In this document: piece by piece, positions 10,055 through 19,489 of the stretch | How positions within the stretch are numbered: the stretch's first letter is position 1 | How the letters are laid out: every line of letters begins with the position of its first letter | Assembly (NCBI GenBank): GCA_035624085.1 | Contig: DASPSE010000411.1 | Location: forward strand, 32,233 to 96,232 | Source of the DNA: Terriglobales bacterium | GTDB taxonomy: Bacteria; Acidobacteriota; Terriglobia; Terriglobales; Acidobacteriaceae | DNA length: 64,000 bases | Direction of reading: 5' to 3' | Translations under genes and position numbers: made by a program | The notes under the pieces: generated by a model | The model's database searches: none | What the model was told of the DNA's origin: nothing | Seen by the model: only the letters and a program-made list of their open reading frames with translations

Positions 10055-10249
10055 ATACCCTTTCTTGTTTGCTGGGCGGTTGAGCGATACTGCCCATTGC
10101 TGAAAATCAGAGGTCCGCGCTTAGCGTCCACGTATTAAATATTGCTCGCCACCCACGTGGTGATGCTATCTAGCGCCTACCGCAGATTCTCTAGAGAATT
10201 GGCCACGCTAAAGCACTCCGGGAACCACCGGACGGGCCCCGGCAGCAAG

Positions 10250-11911
10250 CTATTGTGCCGAAGGTTTCTTATTCCCACGCCCTCGGATTGCCCGGCCCGG
10301 CAAGGCGTCGGTTGGTTTTCCTTCGGAGACCACCGCCTGTCCGTTCACGAACAAATAACGCACGCCTACCGAATAATGGTTGGGATCCTCAAACGTGGCG
10401 ACGCCGGCGATGGTTTTTGGATCGAATACAGCCACATCTGCGAATTTTCCGGTGGCCAACACGCCTCGGTCTGTCAGTCTCAGAGTCGAAGCTGCAAGAG
10501 AGGTCATCCGCCGGATGGCCTCCTCCCAGCTCATCATATGTTGTTCACGCACGTAGGTGCCGAGCCAGCGCGGAAATGTGCCCAGATTCCGAGGATGTTG
10601 AAGCGGCATTAGTTGGATTTTGCTCGCAAGGTCTGTGGCAGATCCATCGGACCCTACAGACACGTACGGCTGGCGCATGACCTCCTGGAGAGTGTCTTCG
10701 TGATTATTCAAATCAATCACCAACCCTTCGCCTTTTTGCTCAAGCACAACATCCATGTAGGCGTCATCCGCTGAAATGTGCCGCAATGCTGCGACTTCCG
10801 ATACGAGTTTTCCATTTACCTTCGGGTCATTCACACTCAGCCGGACGTTCTGCCAGCCGATGCGCGCATAATATGGCGGATCAGTCTGGAATCCTCTTGC
10901 GATGCGCTTGCGTTGTGCCGGATCGCGCAAGCGGGCTAGCATGGCCTCGCGCCCTCCGGACAGTGCCCACGAAGGTAAGTAGTCAGCGAGTCCAGTGATT
11001 CCCCATGTATAAGGATAGGCATCGCCCGTCACATTCAACCCGCGGTTTCTTGCTTCTTCAATGATGGGAAGAAACTTGGGCGCTGACCAAGAAGCAATTG
11101 AATTCAGATGAAAGAAATGTACTGGAATGCCCGCCTTTTCTCCAATGGTAATGGCCTCGCGGATGGCTTCGGGATCTTCCCCGTTGATCGTGCGGGCGTG
11201 GGTTGCGTAAATTCCTCCTGCCGGTGCGACTTCCCTGGCCAGCGCGATCAGCTCTTCGGTGGACATGTAAATGTTGGGGACATAGCTTAATCCGCTGGCA
11301 AGCCCCATAGCGCCTTCCGCCATTGCGTCGCGCACAATCTTCTTCTCTTCCTCAATTTCCGCGGGTGTCGCCACACGATTGTCATAACCCACAACCACCG
11401 CTCGGACAGTGCCGGATCCAATATAAGAGCAGAAATTTACCGCGTTCCCCTTTTTCTCCAGTGTATCGAGAAATCCACCGAGGGTCGTCCATGTCGGTTT
11501 GCTGCCGTCGACGAAAGTCAACTCGTCGCGTTTTCCGCCCAAGGGTCCCATGGAAGAATCTTCACCATAAACTTCGGTGGTTACGCCTTGTAGGCTGAAG
11601 GACGGGCCGTGTGGCATAAGCAGGCGGGTCTCGTCCGAGTGGCTATGCATATCTATGAAACCGGGTGTCACCATTAATCCGCTGGCGTCGACTGTGAGCG
11701 GTGATTCGCCGTCCACCTTTCCAATGGCAGTGATGCGATCTCCCCGAATCGCCAGATCTTCGACGACTCCGGGTGCACCGGTTCCGTCAATCACAGTCCC
11801 GCCACGGAGAATCACATCGTACTTCTCCTTTTTTACGCAGCCACTAAGGAGAGATAAACCAAGCAATAGCAATCCTCCCCAGAAGGTGGTTCGTACGATC
11901 TTCGTTTTCAT
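10250..11911 (-). CDS. N-acyl-D-amino-acid deacylase (D-aminoacylase), lipoprotein
   Basis: 553 aa with lipobox LSLLSGC. YDVILRGGTVIDGTGAPG..LAIRGDRITAIG..PGFIDMHSHSD is the characteristic D-aminoacylase / amidohydrolase N-terminus. Confidence 0.85.
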   Translation of the reverse strand: MKTKIVRTTFWGGLLLLGLSLLSGCVKKEKYDVILRGGTVIDGTGAPGVVEDLAIRGDRITAIGKVDGESPLTVDASGLMVTPGFIDMHSHSDETRLLMPHGPSFSLQGVTTEVYGEDSSMGPLGGKRDELTFVDGSKPTWTTLGGFLDTLEKKGNAVNFCSYIGSGTVRAVVVGYDNRVATPAEIEEEKKIVRDAMAEGAMGLASGLSYVPNIYMSTEELIALAREVAPAGGIYATHARTINGEDPEAIREAITIGEKAGIPVHFFHLNSIASWSAPKFLPIIEEARNRGLNVTGDAYPYTWGITGLADYLPSWALSGGREAMLARLRDPAQRKRIARGFQTDPPYYARIGWQNVRLSVNDPKVNGKLVSEVAALRHISADDAYMDVVLEQKGEGLVIDLNNHEDTLQEVMRQPYVSVGSDGSATDLASKIQLMPLQHPRNLGTFPRWLGTYVREQHMMSWEEAIRRMTSLAASTLRLTDRGVLATGKFADVAVFDPKTIAGVATFEDPNHYSVGVRYLFVNGQAVVSEGKPTDALPGRAIRGRGNKKPSAQ

Positions 11912-12025
11912 AAATCGCCTCCGCTTGAAACAGTAGACTCAAGATGTCCCCTAATCCCACGCTCATGATCGCTGAAATCTTGTTCCTGAAGATCGCTCAG
12001 GCTGAAAATGAAATTGGTAACTATT

Positions 12026-12068
12026 CGACAACTAGAAAACCGTACACCACAAACAAAAAACTGTATAC
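12026..12068 (-). promoter_or_regulatory. Bipartite hexamer site upstream of the D-aminoacylase gene (weakest copy)
   Basis: On the gene strand: GTATAC (12063-12068), N15, GTGTAC (12042-12047), N10 (ggttttctag), TTGTCG (12026-12031). The -35 is poor and no convincing -10 was found. Confidence 0.35.
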
Positions 12069-12204
12069 AATTTTGTTCCTCGATTTTTTTATTGACTGGC
12101 CATCTTTACTGGCGCGGAGTTCACGCTCGTAAACCCTGACATGCGACGGTCAAAATCAGCACTGTCCGGGCTAGCTAAACAAGAGAAGGGGTGCGAGTGC
12201 GCTT

Positions 12205-13422
12205 CTACCCGCCTGAGGTCATCTTCTGCAGCGCCTGGTCTAGATCCGTTCTTAGATCCTCGACGTCCTCGAGGCCAATATTCAGTCGGACAATGCGATG
12301 GCCGTAGCCAGGGCGCGCCGGATTCGAACTGAAATCGTAGGCTACGGCTAGGCTGGTTACCCCACCCCAGCTATACCCGATCTTGAACAGTTCAAGCGCA
12401 TCCACAAACGCATGCACTTGCGGCTTAGTGAATTGCTGACGAAAGACAATAGAAAAGACTCCGGCCGATCCCGTAAAATCACGCTTCCAGATTTCGTGCC
12501 CTGGACATGACGCAAGTGCGGGATGCAGAACCAGTTCAATCTCAGACCGATTTGCAAGCCAATGAGCTATCTGCAAAGCTGCATTTTCAATATGCCTCAA
12601 ACGAACGGCCAGCGTCTTCATCCCTCGTAGCGCCAGGCTGCAATCGTCCGCAGAGACGGCGCAACCGACCAATTTATGTGTCAACCCGAGGCGGTGATAT
12701 ACCGCCTCATCCTGTACTGTGATGGAACCGAGCAATAGATCGCTGTGGCCACCGACATACTTCGTGAGCGCCTGCATGGTGATATCGACCCTGTGTGAAA
12801 GCGCGTCGAAGTAAATGCCAGCCGCCCATGTATTATCGAGCGCGACCATCAAGCCGGCTTGGTGTGCGGCTGCTACGATAGCTGGCAGGTCCTGGATTTC
12901 CATTGTGATCGATCCAGGGCTTTCACACCAGATTACGCGAGTGTTCGAGCGGAACAACGACTGAATCGCTTGACCTCGATTGGAGATGCTAGTCTCAGAC
13001 TGCCCAATCGTGGGCGCATAGAACGTCACGTCAATTCCAAACCGCGTCAACACCTGACAAGCAAATTGCCGGTGCGGACCATAGATACTTTCTGGCAGGA
13101 GCAGATGGTCCCCGGCCTTGAGCAAAGCAAAATTGATAAGAGAAATGGCGGCCTGGCCTCCCGGCGTGAGCATCGTTCGATAACCATGCTCGAGTTCGCA
13201 AATCCGCCCTGCGAGTTCGAGGGCTGTAGGTGTCCCATACAAGCCGTACGTGTACCCAGCTTCGTATTGATCCCAGTCGTCGGTGACCGCAGCTGCATTG
13301 GGAAACAGAACCGTAGAACCTCGAAAAACCGGGGAAGCTAGTGACTGAAATCCCTGAGGCGCCTGCACGTCGGGGTGAATAAGCTTGGTCTTCCAGGTTT
13401 TGCGCATAGCTGGAACACGCAA
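12205..13422 (-). CDS. metC: Cystathionine beta-lyase
   Basis: 405 aa that appears colinear with E. coli MetC as I recall it: ESPGSITMEIQDLPAIVAAA, DNTWAAG, TKYVGGHSDLLLG (PLP lysine), HPAL..GHEIWKRDFTGSAGVFS, YSWGG, RLNIGLEDVEDL. Confidence 0.9.
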   Translation of the reverse strand: MRVPAMRKTWKTKLIHPDVQAPQGFQSLASPVFRGSTVLFPNAAAVTDDWDQYEAGYTYGLYGTPTALELAGRICELEHGYRTMLTPGGQAAISLINFALLKAGDHLLLPESIYGPHRQFACQVLTRFGIDVTFYAPTIGQSETSISNRGQAIQSLFRSNTRVIWCESPGSITMEIQDLPAIVAAAHQAGLMVALDNTWAAGIYFDALSHRVDITMQALTKYVGGHSDLLLGSITVQDEAVYHRLGLTHKLVGCAVSADDCSLALRGMKTLAVRLRHIENAALQIAHWLANRSEIELVLHPALASCPGHEIWKRDFTGSAGVFSIVFRQQFTKPQVHAFVDALELFKIGYSWGGVTSLAVAYDFSSNPARPGYGHRIVRLNIGLEDVEDLRTDLDQALQKMTSGG

Positions 13423-13464
13423 CAGCTTTCTCTGTAGTTCTTCTGGTGGCGTAAACTCCCTGTG

Positions 13465-15045
13465 TTACCGTGCTTCTTGTAAGCGAGCGCTCGACGCGAC
13501 TGCGGTATCCGAGCAAATACCAGCTTCTTCGTTGAGCCGCTTGACTCGTTCGTCCCACAAAGGAACGATGTCACGCAGTTCTTGCCAAAAGCTCTGCTTT
13601 CTCCGTGACTCGAAATCCTCGATGGCTACTCCCTGCTGCTCGACCCAAGTGTAATAACCGAGATTAAAGATGCGGTTGCGATCAAATTCGGTGAGCTGCA
13701 GCATATGATCGGTGGCGACAGACTGAAGGAATCTCGCGCCGACTTCTGCTGCCTGACGCTCGCCAAAGCCCGTTGGATAACAGCGCCGTAGTGTTTTTTC
13801 TCGTTCCGAAGGATACAACTCAGAGCCATCGGTGGCGACGGTAATGAGAACGTCCTCCGGAGTCAGGTCCAGCAGCTTTGCTGTTTTAATCGCGGCCAGC
13901 ACATTCGCGGTTGAGGAGAAACCAAAATTTACGAGCTGCCCAACAACTTCCTGGGGGACGGCCGTTACATCACGCAAGTAGCGCTGTCCTGCAGACGTGT
14001 TAAAGAGCACATCCAAATGATCGGTCGCTTTGTCGCTGATCGCACAGACAATGTCGGTATTCATCACGTTATGAATCAGTGGAATGTGCTTATCGCCGAT
14101 CCCTTGGATGTTGTGCGTACCATAGCCGTTCATAAGCATAGTCGGGCATTCCAGAGCTTCGACAGCCACAATCATTGCGCCAAACCGCTCCTTCAAGTAG
14201 TCGCCAGCTGCGATCGTGCCAGCTGAACCTGTTGCGGAAATGAATCCGGCAAGCCGGAGCTTCTGACCGCCAGAGAGTTTTGCAGCAAGATGCTCGAACA
14301 CCGCAGCCATGGCTGGGCCTGTAACAAAATAATGCACCAGATAATTAGGAAACTCGCAGAACTGGTTCAAGATAATGTTGCGGCGATCTCGCGCCAGTTC
14401 TTTACAAGCGTCATAGATCTCTTTGACATTGCTCTCGGTCCCAGGGGTGCGCACGATGTCTTCGGCGTGCTCAGTCCATTTTTCCAACCACTCGAAACGC
14501 TCCCGACTCATGCCTTCAGGCAAGATCGCCGTCGCTCGGCAGCCCATCATGCGACTGATAGCAATTCCGCCGCGCGCGTAATTACCCGTGGATGGCCAGA
14601 CCGCACGGTGTACGGAAGGATCAAATTGCCCGGTCAACACACGTTGTAGCAGGCACGCATAAGCAGCGAGTACCTTGTGCGAGCGGATCATGGGGAACTT
14701 ATTGCCGATTAAGACGACAATCGGAGCCTTCACGCCGGTGAACTCGGGGGGGAGAATCACATGCACGGGTATCTCCGCGCGGCCATTGCGGTCAGCCGCG
14801 TTATACCAATTCACGCGCCACAAGTTGCGTGGATCACGCGTATCCGGGTTCACGCTGAGAAGATCGGTAAATGGGAATGGCAGAGCGAGCTTTGGATTGG
14901 CCAGTTCTGCAAACGTCGGCAGCGCGATGCGGTTCTCGTGAAAGCTCCGAACGGCATTTTGATAGTTCTTGGTGTCTATAACATCGACGCACAAGCCGAG
15001 CCTTGACTCTGAGTTTGGGTTCATAGTTCTCTTGATTTCTCCCAA
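13465..15045 (-). CDS. PLP-dependent fold-type-II enzyme (cysteine synthase / Trp-synthase-beta superfamily), long form, specificity unknown
   Basis: 526 aa. Candidate PLP lysine in FPMIRSHKV, then STGNYARGG and the glycine loop SATGSAGTIAAG. The core is flanked by N- and C-terminal extensions of roughly 100 aa each. Confidence 0.65.
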   Translation of the reverse strand: MGEIKRTMNPNSESRLGLCVDVIDTKNYQNAVRSFHENRIALPTFAELANPKLALPFPFTDLLSVNPDTRDPRNLWRVNWYNAADRNGRAEIPVHVILPPEFTGVKAPIVVLIGNKFPMIRSHKVLAAYACLLQRVLTGQFDPSVHRAVWPSTGNYARGGIAISRMMGCRATAILPEGMSRERFEWLEKWTEHAEDIVRTPGTESNVKEIYDACKELARDRRNIILNQFCEFPNYLVHYFVTGPAMAAVFEHLAAKLSGGQKLRLAGFISATGSAGTIAAGDYLKERFGAMIVAVEALECPTMLMNGYGTHNIQGIGDKHIPLIHNVMNTDIVCAISDKATDHLDVLFNTSAGQRYLRDVTAVPQEVVGQLVNFGFSSTANVLAAIKTAKLLDLTPEDVLITVATDGSELYPSEREKTLRRCYPTGFGERQAAEVGARFLQSVATDHMLQLTEFDRNRIFNLGYYTWVEQQGVAIEDFESRRKQSFWQELRDIVPLWDERVKRLNEEAGICSDTAVASSARLQEAR

Positions 15046-15117
15046 ACAACAATCTCAATCATCTTGCAAAGTTCGCAGCGGTCTTGGCACGAGCCGCTTC
15101 AGCTCTTACGTTGCTTA

Positions 15118-17238
15118 TCAGTCGGAAGCGGCAGTTTTGAGAGTAGTAGTAGCCCGTGCGATCGTATCCGTCAACGATTGTAGCTGGCGGCGCGCCTCTT
15201 CGAAATTGCCTGCGTCAATTGTTTCATGCACACCTGGCAATGGCACTGCTTCATATCCGTTGTAAAATCCGGGCGCAAAGATACAGTGCTTAAACCAGGG
15301 ACGCCGCGGCAAACCTGCCGAGAGGAGGAATTGCTTCTCAGTTTCTGCGAGCGCCCGATTGAGGCTGTAAAAATCATGTGATGAGCTACTGCCCGACAGA
15401 AGTTTCTGGGATTTTTCATGGAAGTCTCTTCCCGCCTGTGCGAGCGCCTCTGCAGCTGTTTGCGCAGCTTGCAAGTCGAGCTGCCGGCTCTGCCCAAGCA
15501 GTACCAGCTTGTCCGAGATGCCAGCTAAATGATTCCGGATCTCAACACCATAGGTTTCGTAATCGAGAGGCAGGATATCGGCGTCGGACAGTCGAAGCGC
15601 CTGCAGACCGTAGAATTGTGCAGCTGCCACGTGATACCGGAACGTTGGATCACCGAACTTCTTCATCCATTGGTGATTGTCAAAGATTGAGTGATACACC
15701 CCATAATCACCCTCAAAACTAAAATCAGTGGACGGAATTCCCATGTGATCGAAAAATGATACATAGTCTGTGCCACTGCCCAGGTCTCCAATCTCAAAGT
15801 CCTGATTGTTTATAGCTGCGGAAGCCGACTTGCCGGACGGTACGTGCCCAGGTCGGACTTCGTGTCGCAGGTGGTCCCGAAAAACTTGGTTTGCATGATC
15901 TAATACGGAGCCGCCCTTCGGATCAGGAGTGTCGGCTGCGACTTCCTTGATAAATTTTTTCAAAGAGGGAGTGGCTTGTGCAGTGAAGCGGTCGCCCGAG
16001 GTCGCTGAGTCGAGGTTCAAATATGCAGCCGCTTTTTCACTGAGTTCGCGGGAGTTTTTCTCTGCCCAATAGGTTGAGCCCAGTTCATCCGGTTCTTCGG
16101 CATCCCAACTGCACAGTACAATTGTGCGCTGAGGGTTCCATCCGCCACGCAGCAATGTGCCCAAACCACGAGCAACTTCCAACATTGCAACGGTGCCGCT
16201 GTTCGGATCCACCCCACCGAACGCCCAGGCATCCCGATGGTTGCCCAGAATCACGAGTTCCTCCGGCTGTGCTGTACCGTGAATCCTGGCAATCACATTC
16301 CACACCGGTCGTCTAATTTCGTTCATCTCTACACGCATTCGCACCTTTGTGGGGCCGGGACCGTAGTGGTACGTAAAAGGCAACCCTCCTTGCCAGTCGC
16401 GGGGAACAACTCCGCCTGATAAATGTTCAAGTATGGGGCGCGCATCCTCATAGGAAAGAGGCATTACTGGGATGTGCGGTACAGTGGATTTATCGGGCAA
16501 GGTGCCTGGATAAATGAAGTCATAGAGCACAGACCCGCGTTGAACACCAGACGCAGGACGCCATGAGCCTTGCGGATAACTCTCGCCCGCATGGTAGCCA
16601 TCGTCTTGCGGATCTGAGTAAATAATCAGCGCTGCGGCCTTATGTTCCTCGGCTGTTAATGCCTTTGCGCCGCGGTAACACTCGCCATAACGCACAATGA
16701 CAATCTTTCCTTCGGGGGAGACACCATTCGCGCGAAGCAAATCATAATCTTCCGGAAGCCCATAATTCGCGTAAACCACCTGAGCGGTGACATCGCCCGA
16801 TGCAGAGTACGCATTAAAGCCTATGGTGGTGTTCGGATTTCTTGACGCGGCATCCTCGGGGACGTTTTCCGGATGGGGACCCGAAAACCTCACCGGTTCG
16901 AGCATGTCTAGCTTTATTTCTTTCGGCTCAGAAAGAAGTACGGGGAATTCCTCGATCTCGGCGTCAAGCCCGAAACTACGAAATTGCTGCAGCACGAATT
17001 CGGCAGTTCGACGGTCAGCCGGGCTGCCTGCCAAATGCGGCTCGGCGGTGATCACTCGGTGATTTTCCTCAGCCTGGGTCGGATCGGGAACGGCCAAGAA
17101 TTGCTTCTCAACATCGCGCTCTCGAACGCTGTCCGCTCCAGTGAAACCGCCTAGCTGTTCATGGTTCGTTTGTGCCAGCGCGGCAGCAAAGATTACGGTG
17201 ATAAATGTAAGTTGAAATCCCACAAAACGAGCACTCAT
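15118..17238 (-). CDS. M28 metallopeptidase of the glutamate carboxypeptidase II (PSMA/NAALADase) type, with PA domain and TfR-like dimerisation domain
   Basis: Signal peptide (..IFAAALAQT), ITAEPHLAGSPADRRTAEFV, a PA-domain segment GKIVIVRYG, the M28 core ILGNHRDAWAFGGVDPNSG..SWDAEE, and a C-terminal helical dimerisation-like region. ATG at 17238 preferred over the ORF start at 17280. Confidence 0.85.
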   Translation of the reverse strand: MSARFVGFQLTFITVIFAAALAQTNHEQLGGFTGADSVRERDVEKQFLAVPDPTQAEENHRVITAEPHLAGSPADRRTAEFVLQQFRSFGLDAEIEEFPVLLSEPKEIKLDMLEPVRFSGPHPENVPEDAASRNPNTTIGFNAYSASGDVTAQVVYANYGLPEDYDLLRANGVSPEGKIVIVRYGECYRGAKALTAEEHKAAALIIYSDPQDDGYHAGESYPQGSWRPASGVQRGSVLYDFIYPGTLPDKSTVPHIPVMPLSYEDARPILEHLSGGVVPRDWQGGLPFTYHYGPGPTKVRMRVEMNEIRRPVWNVIARIHGTAQPEELVILGNHRDAWAFGGVDPNSGTVAMLEVARGLGTLLRGGWNPQRTIVLCSWDAEEPDELGSTYWAEKNSRELSEKAAAYLNLDSATSGDRFTAQATPSLKKFIKEVAADTPDPKGGSVLDHANQVFRDHLRHEVRPGHVPSGKSASAAINNQDFEIGDLGSGTDYVSFFDHMGIPSTDFSFEGDYGVYHSIFDNHQWMKKFGDPTFRYHVAAAQFYGLQALRLSDADILPLDYETYGVEIRNHLAGISDKLVLLGQSRQLDLQAAQTAAEALAQAGRDFHEKSQKLLSGSSSSHDFYSLNRALAETEKQFLLSAGLPRRPWFKHCIFAPGFYNGYEAVPLPGVHETIDAGNFEEARRQLQSLTDTIARATTTLKTAASD

Positions 17239-17288
17239 GAAACCCCCAAGAGCCGTACAATTTGCAAGGCCCACAACCATTCCAGAAT

Positions 17289-17352
17289 GTACACGATCAC
17301 TGTCGTCCTGTATACGAATTTTTATTGACTCTTACTGCTCAATGGGTATAAC
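17289..17352 (+). promoter_or_regulatory. Bipartite hexamer site plus strong sigma70-like promoter, now facing a dead TBDR fragment
   Basis: GTACAC (17289-17294), N15, GTATAC (17310-17315), N9 (gaattttta), TTGACT (17325-17330), N16, TATAAC (17347-17352). Also sits about 50-80 nt upstream of the divergent M28-PLP-metC genes. Confidence 0.5.
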
Positions 17353-17410
17353 CTCCTCGCTCCACAGCTAGCGGCCTTGCCAAGTGGTTCTCTGCGAAGG
17401 ATGGCTGCAA

Positions 17411-17905
17411 ATGCGACGGGCGGTCAACAGGGCGCGAGGATGCTCGGGTCTAAGACGCGTGCAGCACGGAGTCTTGATCTGTGCGGAAAACCGTGGCTGT
17501 CGCATCTGCACACGAGACAGGTCCCAGGAGTTCAAAGGCGGAGCCGTCGATAGAAAGCGCGTTGGCCCTAACCCGCGCTGCAGCGCGGTGAGACGCATCG
17601 CCGGAACGATAGCAGGTTGTGACCAAGCGCGGCACCAAGACTTTCCATGCCACCGCCTACGAATATACCTGGACGATAATTTCGGCGGTGCCAACACCTG
17701 AGACAATAATTCTACCGGATTCAAGCAACCGAGTTATCATTTCAGCCGGTTTGGCGTCGATGCTGGCGGAAAAATTCCCCATTCCAATTTCCTGGGCGGA
17801 GACTGGTATTTGTTTGGAGGCTACGAAGGTTTCCGCTACCCCCTGAGCCAAACCTTCGAGCGGAGCTTCCCCACCGCGTCGTTGCCGCGAGGATGCTCTG
17901 GATCG
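17411..17905 (+). pseudogene. Internal fragment of a TonB-dependent receptor (plug / early barrel region), with frameshifts and an in-frame TGA
   Basis: Pieces across frames match the window's intact TBDRs: AVNRARG..QEFKG.., VVTKRGTKTFHATAYEY (compare MVTKSGTNEFHGSIYEY), ..NFGGANT*DNN..RFGVDAGGKI..LFGGYEGFRYP..SFPTASL (compare FFFANYEGRR..VPSSTL). There is no signal peptide or CarboxypepD_reg part. The fragment ends at the IS remnant. Confidence 0.7.
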
Positions 17906-17927
17906 TTACAGAGCCGTAGGCCGTTTT

Positions 17928-18497
17928 GCTCACGGAAGCCGAGGCGTTTTCGACTGCCTGCATACGGACCTTTCCCGATGTTCTCTCTCGCACAGCGATT
18001 ACCGGAACTTTACTGGCGGCTCCTCTGCCGCGTGGACCTTTTCTTTTGCCGCCTACATAGGTTTCGTCAGCTTCGACGATCCCAGAGAACTTCTGACAGA
18101 ACTCATCATCTTCCGACATAGCGGTGCGGACGCGGTGAGCCATGTACCACGCTGTCTTGTAGGTCACCCCAAGCTGGCGTTGCAATTCCTTGGCGCTGAT
18201 TCCTTTCTTGCCAGAGCAAACCAGGTAGATCGCAAGGAACCATTTAGTGAGCGGGGTGTGCGAGTCGTGGAAGATGGTGCCAGTGGTCACGCTGTATTGA
18301 TAGCGGCAGTCAACGCACTCGTACAGGTGGCGAACCTTCTGAGTCTTTCCTTCGGCGTCAAACTTCATAATGCGCTTCGATTCGCAGCGCGGACACTCAA
18401 GACCTTTAGGCCAACGAATGCGCTCAAAGTGAGCGATGCACTTTTCTTCGTCGGCAAACTTGTTAACTATCTCGAAAATGGAGGGTTGCATCTTCAT
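17928..18497 (-). mobile_element. IS1595-family transposase gene, 3'-truncated (only the N-terminal ~190 aa are credible)
   Basis: N-terminal zinc-ribbon CPRCES..YECVDCRYQYSVTTGTIFH, HTH-like GISAKELQRQLGVTYKTAWYM, and VEADETYVGGKRKG..VIAVRERTSGKVRMQ. After about residue 190 the ORF runs into the antisense of the TBDR fragment and loses all similarity. The DDE catalytic part is missing. Confidence 0.75.
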
Positions 18498-18622
18498 GGC
18501 TGCCTCGCATTCTCAAAGTAGCAAATCCTCTATACTTTGTCAAGGGGATAATCACCAAAGAATTAAGACTTAGTTCCTTTCTAAGTCTCAGCGAAGCTAG
18601 ATATGGCGTTGACCATCCCTAG

Positions 18623-19432
18623 GGAATTTACGGTGTAACGCGTGTTGCCGACGCACTCATCGATTACATGCTGGCCTTGCCCGGAAATGAGGATGTCGAG
18701 TCCATCAATCCGCTGGTCGGCGAGACCAACGACGGATATCTGAACGACATTCGGGCACGCCCCATCAGGCGGGAGGATGTGTTCGCCGCCATCAAGAACG
18801 CCAACGGCGGGGCGGTAGAGGAGGGTTCGGTCGGTGCGAGCACTGGAACCGTGGCATTCGACTTCAAGGGTGGAATTGGAACCGCTTCTCGCCGTCTGCC
18901 GTCGCAGCTGGGCAGCTACTCGGTCGGCGTTCTAGTGCAGACGAACTTTGGGGGCGTGCTCACCATCGCGGGCGCTCCCGTAGGTCGGGAACTGGGTCGA
19001 TACTACCTTCGCAAGGAGCTTCAGCAAGAAGACACCGCAACGGATCGGGGAAACGGGTCGGTGATCGTTGTTATCGCGACCGATGCGCCCGTGGATGCAC
19101 GGAACCTGAAGCGGATGGCAGCGAGGGCGATGCTCGAGCTGGGTCGCACGGGTGCTGCGGGCTCGAACGGCAGTGGGGACTATGTGATTGCGTTTTCGAC
19201 CGCGCAGCAGGTGCGGATACGCTCAAACGATAAGGTGTCAACCCGGCATATCGAGTTGCTATCGAATGATGCGATGTCTCCGTTGTTCCTCGCGGTTATC
19301 GAAGCCACGGAAGAGGCGGTGTATAACTCCCTACTTCGAGCAACGACAATGACCGGACGTGGGCATACGGTCGATGCGCTGCCCATTGAGAAGACGACTG
19401 AAATATTGAAGAGCCATCGAGTCATCAAGTGA
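18623..19432 (+). pseudogene. S58 (DmpA / L-aminopeptidase-D-esterase) family peptidase, 5'-truncated
   Basis: Contains NPLVGETNDGYLNDI, GSVGASTGTVAFDFKGGIGTASR (nucleophile motif) and VVIATDAP. This motif normally lies about 230-250 aa into the protein, but here it is about 70 aa after an upstream TAG (18620-18622), so roughly 170 aa of N-terminus are absent. The gene abuts the IS remnant. Confidence 0.7.
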
Positions 19433-19489
19433 CGAACAATAATCTGAGAGACGCCTATGCCGCATTAAATGCTTTGCATTGAGTCATCC

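Noticed and set aside
10186-10199. Perfect 14-bp palindrome ATTCTCTAGAGAAT between the convergent DUF917 and D-aminoacylase genes
   Set aside because: It would form only a 5-bp stem with a 4-nt loop, has no U-tract, occurs once and has no adjacent promoter. There is not enough evidence to call it a terminator or operator.
12092-12097. TTGACT on the plus strand downstream of the 12042-12068 hexamer pair
   Set aside because: It is 23 nt from the proximal hexamer rather than 8-10 nt, has no clear -10, and points into the 3' end of the convergent metC gene. It was not counted as a promoter. ORF 12141-12332 is antisense to metC and was also rejected.
18566-18588. 8-bp hairpin (AGACTTAG-ttccttt-CTAAGTCT) between the transposase start and the S58 fragment
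   Set aside because: It may belong to the IS terminal region, but without an intact IS copy or a matching inverted repeat on the other side it cannot be assigned.
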